Shown in pieces: positions 1 through 12,000 of a stretch of 50,131 nt of DNA. Position numbers and translations under genes: made by a program. Location: contig JAUCBJ010005000.1 of the NCBI GenBank assembly GCA_032718475.1, positions 1 to 50,131 of the forward strand. The letters run 5' to 3'. The first letter of the stretch is position 1. Each line of letters begins with the position of its first letter. The notes under the pieces were generated by a model, which saw only the letters and a program-made list of their open reading frames with translations, had not been told where the DNA came from and did no database searches. This DNA comes from Nemertoderma westbladi (taxonomy: Eukaryota; Animalia; Xenacoelomorpha).

Positions 1-3000
1 TCCCTTTCCTTCCGTCCTACTTTAATGCCTTCATTCCTTCCTACTTCCCTTTCCTTCCGTCCTACTTGAATGCCTTCATTCCTTCCTACTTCCCTTTCCT
101 TCCGTCCTACTTTAATGCCTTCATTCCTTCCTACTTTCCTTTCCTTCCTTCCTACTTGAATGCCTTCATTCCTTCCTACTTCCCTTTCCTTCCGTCCTAC
201 TTTAATGCCTTCATTCCTTCCTACTTCCCTTTCCTTCCGTCCTACTTCAATGCATTCATTCCTTCCTACTTCCCTTTCCTTCCGTCCTACTTTAATGCCT
301 TCATTCCTTCCTACTTCCCTTTCCTTCCGTCCTACTTGAATGCCTTCATTCCTTCCTACTTCCCTTTCCTTCCGTCCTACTTTAATGCCTTCATTCCTTC
401 CTACTTCCCTTTCCTTCCGTCCTACTTCAATGCCTTCATTCCTTCCTACTTCCCTTTCCTTCCGTCCTACTTCAATGCCTTCATTCCTTCCTACTTCCCT
501 TTCCTTCCGTCCTACTTTAATGCCTTCATTCCTTCCTACTTCCCTTTCCTTCCGTCCTACTTGAATGCCTTCATTCCTTCCTACTCCCCTTTCCTTCCGT
601 CCTACTTTAATGCCTTCATTCCTTCCTACTTCCCTTTCCTTCCGTCCTACTTTAATGCCTTCATTCCTTCCTACTTCCCTTTCCTTCCGTCCTACTTCAA
701 TGCATTCATTCCTTCCTACTTCCCTTTCCTTCCGTCCTACTTTAATGCCTTCATTCCTTCCTACTTCCCTTTCCTTCCGTCCTACTTGAATGCCTTCATT
801 CCTTCCTACTTCCCTTTCCTTCCGTCCTACTTGAATGCCTTCATTCCTTCCTACTTCCCTTTCCTTCCGTCCTACTTTAATGCCTTCATTCCTTCCTACT
901 TCCCTTTCCTTCCGTCCTACTTGAATGCCTTCATTCCTTCCTACTTCCCTTTCCTTCCGTCCTACTTTAATGCCTTCATTCCTTCCTACTTCCCTTTCCT
1001 TCCGTCCTACTTTAATGCCTTCATTCCTTCCTACTTCCCTTTCCTTCCGTCCTACTTCAATGCATTCATTCCTTCCTACTTCCCTTTCCTTCCGTCCTAC
1101 TTTAATGCCTTCATTCCTTCCTACTTCCCTTTCCTTCCGTCCTACTTGAATGCCTTCATTCCTTCCTACTTCCCTTTCCTTCCGTCCTACTTGAATGCCT
1201 TCATTCCTTCCTACTTCCCTTTCCTTCCGTCCTACTTTAATGCCTTCATTCCTTCCTACTTTCCTTTCCTTCCTTCCTACTTGAATGCCTTCATTCCTTC
1301 CTACTCCCCTTTCCTTCCGTCCTACTTTAATGCCTTCATTCCTTCCTACTTTCCTTTCCTTCCTTCCTACTTGAATGCCTTCATTCCTTCCTACTTCCCT
1401 TTCCTTCCGTCCTACTTTAATGCCTTCATTCCTTCCTACTTCCCTTTCCTTCCGTCCTACTTGAATGCCTTCATTCCTTCCTACTTCCCTTTCCTTCCGT
1501 CCTACTTTAATGCCTTCATTCCTTCCTACTTCCCTTTCCTTCCGTCCTACTTGAATGCCTTCATTCCTTCCTACTTCCCTTTCCTTCCGTCCTACTTTAA
1601 TGCCTTCATTCCTTCCTACTTCCCTTTCCTTCCGTCCTACTTGAATGCCTTCATTCCTTCCTACTTCCCTTTCCTTCCGTCCTACTTGAATGCCTTCATT
1701 CCTTCCTACTTCCCTTTCCTTCCGTCCTACTTTAATGCCTTCATTCCTTCCTACTTCCCTTTCCTTCCGTCCTACTTGAATGCCTTCATTCCTTCCTACT
1801 CCCCTTTCCTTCCGTCCTACTTTAATGCCTCCATTCCTTCCTACTTCCCTTTCCTTCCGTCCTACTTTAATGCCTTCATTCCTTCCTACTTCCCTTTCCT
1901 TCCGTCCTACTTCAATGCCTTCATTCCTTCCTACTCCCCTTTCCTTCCGTCCTACTTTAATGCCTTCATTCCTTCCTACTTCCCTTTCCTTCCGTCCTAC
2001 TTTAATGCCTTCATTCCTTCCTACTTCCCTTTCCTTCCGTCCTACTTGAATGCCTTCATTTCTTCCTACTTTCCTTTCCTTCCGTCCTACTTTAATGCCT
2101 TCATACCTTCCTACTTTCCTTTCTTTCCTTCCTACTTTAATACCTTCATACCTTCCTACTTCCCTTTCCTTCCGTCCTACTTTAATGCCTCCATTCCTTC
2201 CTACTTCCCTTTCCTTCCGTCCTACTTGAATGTCTTCATTCCTTTCTACTTTCCTTTCCTTCCTTCCTACTTGAATGCCTCCATTCCTTCCTACTTCCCT
2301 TTCCTTCCGTCCTACTTTAATGCCTTCATTCCTTCCTACTTCCCTTTCCTTCCGTCCTACTTCAATGCATTCATTCCTTCCTACTTCCCTTTCCTTCCGT
2401 CCTACTTGAATGCCTCCATTCCTTCCTACTTTCCTTTCCTTCCGTCCTACTTCAATGCCTTCATTCCTTCTTACTTTCCTTTCCTTCCGTCCTACTTGAA
2501 TGTCTTCATACCTTCCTACTTTCCTTTCCTTCCGTCCTACTTTAATGCCTTCATTCCTTCCTACTTTTATTTCCTTCCATCCTACTTTCATTCTTTCCTT
2601 CCTTCCTACTTCCCTTTCCTTCCGTCCTACTTGAATGCCTTCTGTCCTTCCTACTTTCCTTTCCTTCCATCGTACTTTCATTCCTTCCTTCCTTCCTACT
2701 TTCATTTCCTTCCTTCCTACTTTCATTCCTTCCTACTTCCTTTCCTTCCTTCCTACTTCCTTTCCTTTCGTCCTACTTTAATGCCTTCATTCCTTCCTAC
2801 TTTCCTTTCCTTCCTTCCTACTTTAATGCCTTCATTCCTTCCTACTTTCCTTTCCTTCCGTCCTACTTTAATACCTTCCTTCCTTCCTACTTTCCTTTCC
2901 TTCCATCGTACTTTCATTCCTCCCTTCCTTCCTACTTTCATTTCCTTCCTTCCTACTTTCATTCCTTCCTACTTCCTTTCCTTCCTTCCTACTTCCTTTC

Positions 3001-6000
3001 CTTTCGTCCTACTTTAATACCTTCCTTCCTTCCTACTTTCCTTTCCTTCCATCGTACTTTCATTCCTTCCTTCCTTCCTACTTTCATTTCCTTCCTTCCT
3101 ACTTTCATTCCTTCCTACTTCCTTTCCTTCCTTCCTACTTCCTTTCCTTCCTTCCTACTTGAATGCCTTCATTCCTTCCTACTTTCCTTTCCTTCCTTCC
3201 TACTTTAATGCCTTCATTCCTTCCTACTTTCCTTTCCTTCCGTCCTACTTTAATGCCTTCATACCTTCCTACTTTCCTTTCCTTCCGTCCTACTTTAATG
3301 CCTTCATACCTTCCTACTTTCCTTTCCTTCCGTCCTACTTTAATACCTTCATTCCTTCCTACTTTCCTTTCCTTCCTTCCTACTTGAATGCCTTCATTCC
3401 TTCCTACTTCCCTTTCCTTCCGTCCTACTTCAATGCCTTCATTCCTTCCTACTTCCTTTCCTTCCGTCCTACTTCAATGCCTTCCTTCCTTCCTACTTTC
3501 ATTTCCTTCCTTCCTACTTTCCTTTCCTTCCTTCCTACTTCCTTTCCTTTCGTCCTACTTTAATGCCTTCATTCCTTCCTACTTTCCTTTCCTTCCTTCC
3601 TACTTTAATGCCTTCATTCCTTCCTACTTTCCTTTCCTTCCGTCCTACTTTAATGCCTTCATACCTTCCTACTTTCCTTTCCTTCCGTCCTACTTTAATA
3701 CCTTCATACCTTCCTACTTTCCTTTCCTTCCGTCCTACTTTAATACCTTCATTCCTTCCTACTTTCCTTTCCTTCCTTCCTACTTGAATGCCTTCATTCC
3801 TTCCTACTTCCCTTTCCTTCCGTCCTACTTCAATGCCTTCATTCCTTCCTACTTCCTTTCCTTCCGTCCTACTTCAATGCCTTCCTTCCTTCCTACTTTC
3901 ATTTCCTTCCTTCCTACTTCCCTTTCCTTCCGTCCTACTTTAATGCCTTCATACCTTCCTACTTTCCTTTCCTTCCGTCCTACTTTAATGCCTTCATACC
4001 TTCCTACTTTCCTTTCCTTCCGTCCTACTTTAATACCTTCATTCCTTCCTACTTTCCTTTCCTTCCTTCCTACTTGAATGCCTTCATTTCTTCCTACTTT
4101 CTTTCCTTCCGTCCTACTTGAATGCCTTCATTCCTTCCTACTTCCTTTCCTTCCGTCCTACTTCAATGCCTTCCTTCCTTCCTACTTTCATTTCCTTCCT
4201 TCCTACTTTCATTTCCTTCCTTCCTACTTCCCTTTCCTTCCGTCCTACTTTAATGCCTTCATACCTTCCTACTTTCCTTTCCTTCCGTCCTACTTTAATG
4301 CCTTCATACCTTCCTACTTTCCTTTCCTTCCGTCCTACTTTAATACCTTCATTCCTTCCTACTTTCCTTTCCTTCCTTCCTACTTGAATGCCTTCATTTC
4401 TTCCTACTTCCTTTCCTTCCGTCCTACTTGAATGCCTTCATTTCTTCCTACTTCCTTTCCTTCCGTCCTACTTGAATGCCTTCATTCCTTCCTACTTCCT
4501 TTCCTTCCGTCCTACTTCAATGCCTTCCTTCCTTCCTACTTTCATTTCCTTCCTTCCTACTTTCCTTTCCTTCCTTCCTACTTCCTTTCCTTTCGTCCTA
4601 CTTTAATGTCTTCATTCCTTCCTACTTTCCTTTCCTTCCTTCCTACTTTAATGCCTTCATTCCTTCCTACTTTCCTTTCCTTCCGTCCTACTTTAATGCC
4701 TTCATACCTTCCTACTTTCCTTTCCTTCCGTCCTACTTTAATACCTTCATACCTTCCTACTTTCCTTTCCTTCCGTCCTACTTTAATGCCTTCATACCTT
4801 CCTACTTTCCTTTCCTTCCGTCCTACTTTAATACCTTCATTCCTTCCTACTTTCCTTTCCTTCCGTCCTACTTTAATGCCTTCATACCTTCCTACTTTCC
4901 TTTCCTTCCGTCCTACTTTAATACCTTCATTCCTTCCTACTTTCCTTTCCTTCCTTCCTACTTCCCTTTCCTTTCGTCCTACTTTAATACCTTCATACCT
5001 TCCTACTTTCCTTTCCTTCCGTCCTACTTTAATGCCTTCATACCTTCCTACTTTCCTTTCCTTCCGTCCTACTTTAATACCTTCATTCCTTCCTACTTTC
5101 CTTTCCTTCCTTCCTACTTGAATGCCTTCATTCCTTCCTACTTCCCTTTCCTTCAGTCCTACTTCAATGCCTTCATTCCTTCCTACTTCCTTTCCTTCCG
5201 TCCTACTTCAATGCCTTCCTTCCTTCCTACTTTCATTTCCTTCCGTCCTACTTTAATGCCTTCATACCTTCCTACTTCCCTTTCCTTCCGTCCTACTTTA
5301 ATGCCTTCATACCTTCCTACTTTCCTTTCCTTCCATCCTACTTTAATGCCTTCATACCTTCCTACTTTCCTTTCCTTCCGTCCTACTTTAATACCTTCAT
5401 TCCTTCCTACTTTCCTTTCCTTCCGTCCTACTTTAATGCCTTCATTCCTTCCTACTTCCCTTTCCTTCCGTCCTACTTGAATGCCTTCATTCCTTCCTAC
5501 TCCCCTTTCCTTCCGTCCTACTTTAATGCCTTCATTCCTTCCTACTTTCCTTTCCTTCCTTCCTACTTGAATGCCTCCATTCCTTCCTACTTCCCTTTCC
5601 TTCCGTCCTACTTTAATGCCTTCATTCCTTCCTACTTCCCTTTCCTTCCGTCCTACTTCAATGCATTCATTCCTTCCTACTTCCCTTTCCTTCCGTCCTA
5701 CTTTAATGCCTTCATTCCTTCCTACTTCCCTTTCCTTCCGTCCTACTTGAATGCCTTCATTCCTTCCTACTCCCCTTTCCTTCCGTCCTACTTTAATGCC
5801 TTCATTCCTTCCTACTTCCCTTTCCTTCCGTCCTACTTTAATGCCTTCATTCCTTCCTACTTCCCTTTCCTTCCGTCCTACTTGAATGCCTTCATTCCTT
5901 CCTACTTCCCTTTCCTTCCGTCCTACTTGAATGCCTTCATTCCTTCCTACTTCCCTTTCCTTCCGTCCTACTTTAATGCCTTCATTCCTTCCTACTTCCC

Positions 6001-9000
6001 TTTCCTTCCGTCCTACTTGAATGCCTTCATTCCTTCCTACTCCCCTTTCCTTCCGTCCTACTTTAATGCCTCCATTCCTTCCTACTTCCCTTTCCTTCCG
6101 TCCTACTTTAATGCCTTCATTCCTTCCTACTTCCCTTTCCTTCCGTCCTACTTCAATGCCTTCATTCCTTCCTACTCCCCTTTCCTTCCGTCCTACTTTA
6201 ATGCCTTCATTCCTTCCTACTTCCCTTTCCTTCCGTCCTACTTTAATGCCTTCATTCCTTCCTACTTCCCTTTCCTTCCGTCCTACTTGAATGCCTTCAT
6301 TTCTTCCTACTTTCCTTTCCTTCCGTCCTACTTTAATGCCTTCATACCTTCCTACTTTCCTTTCTTTCCTTCCTACTTTAATACCTTCATACCTTCCTAC
6401 TTCCCTTTCCTTCCGTCCTACTTTAATGCCTCCATTCCTTCCTACTTCCCTTTCCTTCCGTCCTACTTGAATGTCTTCATTCCTTTCTACTTTCCTTTCC
6501 TTCCTTCCTACTTGAATGCCTCCATTCCTTCCTACTTCCCTTTCCTTCCGTCCTACTTTAATGCCTTCATTCCTTCCTACTTCCCTTTCCTTCCGTCCTA
6601 CTTCAATGCATTCATTCCTTCCTACTTCCCTTTCCTTCCGTCCTACTTGAATGCCTCCATTCCTTCCTACTTTCCTTTCCTTCCGTCCTACTTCAATGCC
6701 TTCATTCCTTCTTACTTTCCTTTCCTTCCGTCCTACTTGAATGTCTTCATACCTTCCTACTTTCCTTTCCTTCCGTCCTACTTTAATGCCTTCATTCCTT
6801 CCTACTTTTATTTCCTTCCATCCTACTTTCATTCTTTCCTTCCTTCCTACTTCCCTTTCCTTCCGTCCTACTTGAATGCCTTCTGTCCTTCCTACTTTCC
6901 TTTCCTTCCATCGTACTTTCATTCCTTCCTTCCTTCCTACTTTCATTTCCTTCCTTCCTACTTTCATTCCTTCCTACTTCCTTTCCTTCCTTCCTACTTC
7001 CTTTCCTTTCGTCCTACTTTAATGCCTTCATTCCTTCCTACTTTCCTTTCCTTCCTTCCTACTTTAATGCCTTCATTCCTTCCTACTTTCCTTTCCTTCC
7101 GTCCTACTTTAATACCTTCCTTCCTTCCTACTTTCCTTTCCTTCCATCGTACTTTCATTCCTCCCTTCCTTCCTACTTTCATTTCCTTCCTTCCTACTTT
7201 CATTCCTTCCTACTTCCTTTCCTTCCTTCCTACTTCCTTTCCTTTCGTCCTACTTTAATACCTTCCTTCCTTCCTACTTTCCTTTCCTTCCATCGTACTT
7301 TCATTCCTTCCTTCCTTCCTACTTTCATTTCCTTCCTTCCTACTTTCATTCCTTCCTACTTCCTTTCCTTCCTTCCTACTTCCTTTCCTTCCTTCCTACT
7401 TGAATGCCTTCATTCCTTCCTACTTTCCTTTCCTTCCTTCCTACTTTAATGCCTTCATTCCTTCCTACTTTCCTTTCCTTCCGTCCTACTTTAATGCCTT
7501 CATACCTTCCTACTTTCCTTTCCTTCCGTCCTACTTTAATGCCTTCATACCTTCCTACTTTCCTTTCCTTCCGTCCTACTTTAATACCTTCATTCCTTCC
7601 TACTTTCCTTTCCTTCCTTCCTACTTGAATGCCTTCATTCCTTCCTACTTCCCTTTCCTTCCGTCCTACTTCAATGCCTTCATTCCTTCCTACTTCCTTT
7701 CCTTCCGTCCTACTTCAATGCCTTCCTTCCTTCCTACTTTCATTTCCTTCCTTCCTACTTTCCTTTCCTTCCTTCCTACTTCCTTTCCTTTCGTCCTACT
7801 TTAATGCCTTCATTCCTTCCTACTTTCCTTTCCTTCCTTCCTACTTTAATGCCTTCATTCCTTCCTACTTTCCTTTCCTTCCGTCCTACTTTAATGCCTT
7901 CATACCTTCCTACTTTCCTTTCCTTCCGTCCTACTTTAATACCTTCATACCTTCCTACTTTCCTTTCCTTCCGTCCTACTTTAATACCTTCATTCCTTCC
8001 TACTTTCCTTTCCTTCCTTCCTACTTGAATGCCTTCATTCCTTCCTACTTCCCTTTCCTTCCGTCCTACTTCAATGCCTTCATTCCTTCCTACTTCCTTT
8101 CCTTCCGTCCTACTTCAATGCCTTCCTTCCTTCCTACTTTCATTTCCTTCCTTCCTACTTCCCTTTCCTTCCGTCCTACTTTAATGCCTTCATACCTTCC
8201 TACTTTCCTTTCCTTCCGTCCTACTTTAATGCCTTCATACCTTCCTACTTTCCTTTCCTTCCGTCCTACTTTAATACCTTCATTCCTTCCTACTTTCCTT
8301 TCCTTCCTTCCTACTTGAATGCCTTCATTTCTTCCTACTTTCTTTCCTTCCGTCCTACTTGAATGCCTTCATTCCTTCCTACTTCCTTTCCTTCCGTCCT
8401 ACTTCAATGCCTTCCTTCCTTCCTACTTTCATTTCCTTCCTTCCTACTTTCATTTCCTTCCTTCCTACTTCCCTTTCCTTCCGTCCTACTTTAATGCCTT
8501 CATACCTTCCTACTTTCCTTTCCTTCCGTCCTACTTTAATGCCTTCATTCCTTCCTACTTTCCTTTCCTTCCGTCCTACTTTAATACCTTCATTCCTTCC
8601 TACTTTCCTTTCCTTCCTTCCTACTTGAATGCCTTCATTTCTTCCTACTTCCTTTCCTTCCGTCCTACTTGAATGCCTTCATTCCTTCCTACTTCCTTTC
8701 CTTCCGTCCTACTTCAATGCCTTCCTTCCTTCCTACTTTCATTTCCTTCCTTCCTACTTTCCTTTCCTTCCTTCCTACTTCCTTTCCTTTCGTCCTACTT
8801 TAATGTCTTCATTCCTTCCTACTTTCCTTTCCTTCCTTCCTACTTTAATGCCTTCATTCCTTCCTACTTTCCTTTCCTTCCGTCCTACTTTAATGCCTTC
8901 ATACCTTCCTACTTTCCTTTCCTTCCGTCCTACTTTAATACCTTCATACCTTCCTACTTTCCTTTCCTTCCGTCCTACTTTAATGCCTTCATACCTTCCT

Positions 9001-12000
9001 ACTTTCCTTTCCTTCCGTCCTACTTTAATACCTTCATTCCTTCCTACTTTCCTTTCCTTCCGTCCTACTTTAATGCCTTCATACCTTCCTACTTTCCTTT
9101 CCTTCCGTCCTACTTTAATACCTTCATTCCTTCCTACTTTCCTTTCCTTCCTTCCTACTTCCCTTTCCTTTCGTCCTACTTTAATACCTTCATACCTTCC
9201 TACTTTCCTTTCCTTCCGTCCTACTTTAATGCCTTCATACCTTCCTACTTTCCTTTCCTTCCGTCCTACTTTAATACCTTCATTCCTTCCTACTTTCCTT
9301 TCCTTCCTTCCTACTTGAATGCCTTCATTCCTTCCTACTTCCCTTTCCTTCAGTCCTACTTCAATGCCTTCATTCCTTCCTACTTCCTTTCCTTCCGTCC
9401 TACTTCAATGCCTTCCTTCCTTCCTACTTTCATTTCCTTCCGTCCTACTTTAATGCCTTCATACCTTCCTACTTCCCTTTCCTTCCGTCCTACTTTAATG
9501 CCTTCATACCTTCCTACTTTCCTTTCCTTCCATCCTACTTTAATGCCTTCATACCTTCCTACTTTCCTTTCCTTCCGTCCTACTTTAATACCTTCATTCC
9601 TTCCTACTTTCCTTTCCTTCCTTCCTACTTGAATGCCTTCATTCCTTCCTACTTCCCTTTCCTTCCGTCCTACTTGAATGCCTTCATTCCTTCCTACTTC
9701 CTTTCCTTCCGTCCTACTTCAATACCTTCATTCCTTCCTACTTTCTTTTCCTTCCGTCCTACTTTAATGCCTTCATTCCTTCCTACTTTCCTTTCCTTCC
9801 GTCCTACTTTAATGCCTTCATTCCTTCCTACTTTCCTTTCCTTCCGTCCTAGTTTAATACCTTCATTCCTTCCTACTTGAATGCCTTCATACCTTCCTAC
9901 TTTCCTTTCCTTCCGTCCTAGTTTAATACCTTCATTCCTTCCTACTTGAATGCCTTCATTCCTTCCTACTTTCCTTTCCTTCCTTCCTTCCTACTTGAAT
10001 GCCTTCATTCCTTTCTACTTCCCTTTCCTTCCGTCCTACTTCAATGCATTCATTCCTTCCTACTTCCCTTTCCTTCCGTCCTACTTGAATGCCTCCATTC
10101 CTTCCTACTTTCCTTTCCTTTCTTCCTACTTCCCTTTCCTTCCTTCCTACTTTAATACCTTCATTCCTTCCTACTTTCTTTTCCTTCCGTCCTACTTCAA
10201 TGCCTTCCTTCCTTCCTACTTTCATTTCCTTCCTTCCTACTTCCTTTCCTTTCGTCCTACTTTAATGCCTTCATTCCTTCCTACTTTCCTTTCTTTCCTT
10301 CCTACTTTAATGCCTTCATTCCTTCCTACTTTCCTTTCCTTCCGTCCTACTTCAATGCATTCATACCTTCCTACTTCCCTTTCCTTCCTTCCTACTTTCA
10401 TTTCCTCCTTCCTACTTTCCTTTCCTTCCGTCCTAATTGAATGCCTTCATTCCTTCCTACTTTCCTTTCCTTCCGTCCTACTTTAATGCCTTCATTCCTT
10501 CCTACTTTTATTTCCTTCCATCCTACTTTCATTCTTTCCTTCCTTCCTACTTCCCTTTCCTTCCGTCCTACTTGAATGCCTTCTGTCCTTCCTACTTTCC
10601 TTTCCTTCCATCGTACTTTCATTCCTTCCTTCCTTCCTACTTTCATTTCCTTCCTTCCTACTTTCATTCCTTCCTACTTCCCTTTCCTTTCGTCCTACTT
10701 TAATGCCTTCATTCCTTCCTACTTTCCTTTCCTTCCTTCCTACTGTAATGCCTTCATTCCTTCCTACTTTCCTTTCCTTCCGTCCTACTTTAATGCCTTC
10801 ATACCTTCCTACTTTCCTTTCCTTCCGTCCTACTTTAATGCCTTCATACCTTCCTACTTTCCTTTCCTTCCGTCCTACTTTAATACCTTCATTCCTTCCT
10901 ACTTTCCTTTCCTTCCTTCCTACTTGAATGCATTCATTCCTTCCTACTTCCCTTTCCTTCCGTCCTACTTTAATACCTTAATTCATTCCTTCCTACTTTC
11001 CTTTCCTTCCTTCCTACTTGAATGCCTTCATTCCTTCCTACTTCCCTTTCCTTCCGTCCTACTTCAATGCCTTCATTCCTTCCTACTTCCTTTCCTTCCG
11101 TCCTACTTCAATGCCTTCATTCCTTCCTACTTTCATTTCCTTCCTTCCTACTTTCCTTTCCTTCCGTCCTAATTGAATGCCTTCATTCCTTCCTACTTCC
11201 CTTTCCTTCCGTCCTACTTCAATGCCTTCCTTCCGTCCTACTTTAATACCTTCATTCCTTCCTACTTTCCTTTCCTTCCTTCCTACTTGAATGCCTTCAT
11301 TCCTTCCTACTTCCCTTTCCTTCCGTCCTACTTTAATACCTTCATTCCTTCCTACTTTCCTTTCCTTCCTTCCTACTTGAATGCCTTCATTCCTTCCTAC
11401 TTCCCTTTCCTTCCGTCCTACTTCAATGCCTTCATTCCTTCCTACTTCCTTTCCTTCCGTCCTACTTCAATGCCTTCATTCCTTCCTACTTTCATTTCCT
11501 TCCTTCCTACTTTCCTTTCCTTCCGTCCTAATTGAATGCCTTCATTCCTTCCTACTTCCCTTTCCTTCCGTCCTACTTTAATACCTTCATTCCTTCCTAC
11601 TTTCCTTTCCTTCCTTCCTACTTGAATGCCTTCATTCCTTCCTACTTCCCTTTCCTTCCGTCCTACTTTAATACCTTCATTCCTTCCTACTTTCCTTTCC
11701 TTCCTTCCTACTTGAATGCCTTCATTCCTTCCTACTTCCCTTTCCTTCCGTCCTACTTCAATGCCTTCATTCCTTCCTACTTCCTTTCCTTCCGTCCTAC
11801 TTCAATGCCTTCATTCCTTCCTACTTTCATTTCCTTCCTTCCTACTTTCCTTTCCTTCCGTCCTAATTGAATGCCTTCATTCCTTCCTACTTCCCTTTCC
11901 TTCCGTCCTACTTCAATGCCTTCCTTCCTTCCTACTTTCATTTCCTTCCGTCCTACTTTAATGCCTTCATTCCTTCCTACTTTCCTTTCCTTCCTTCCTA

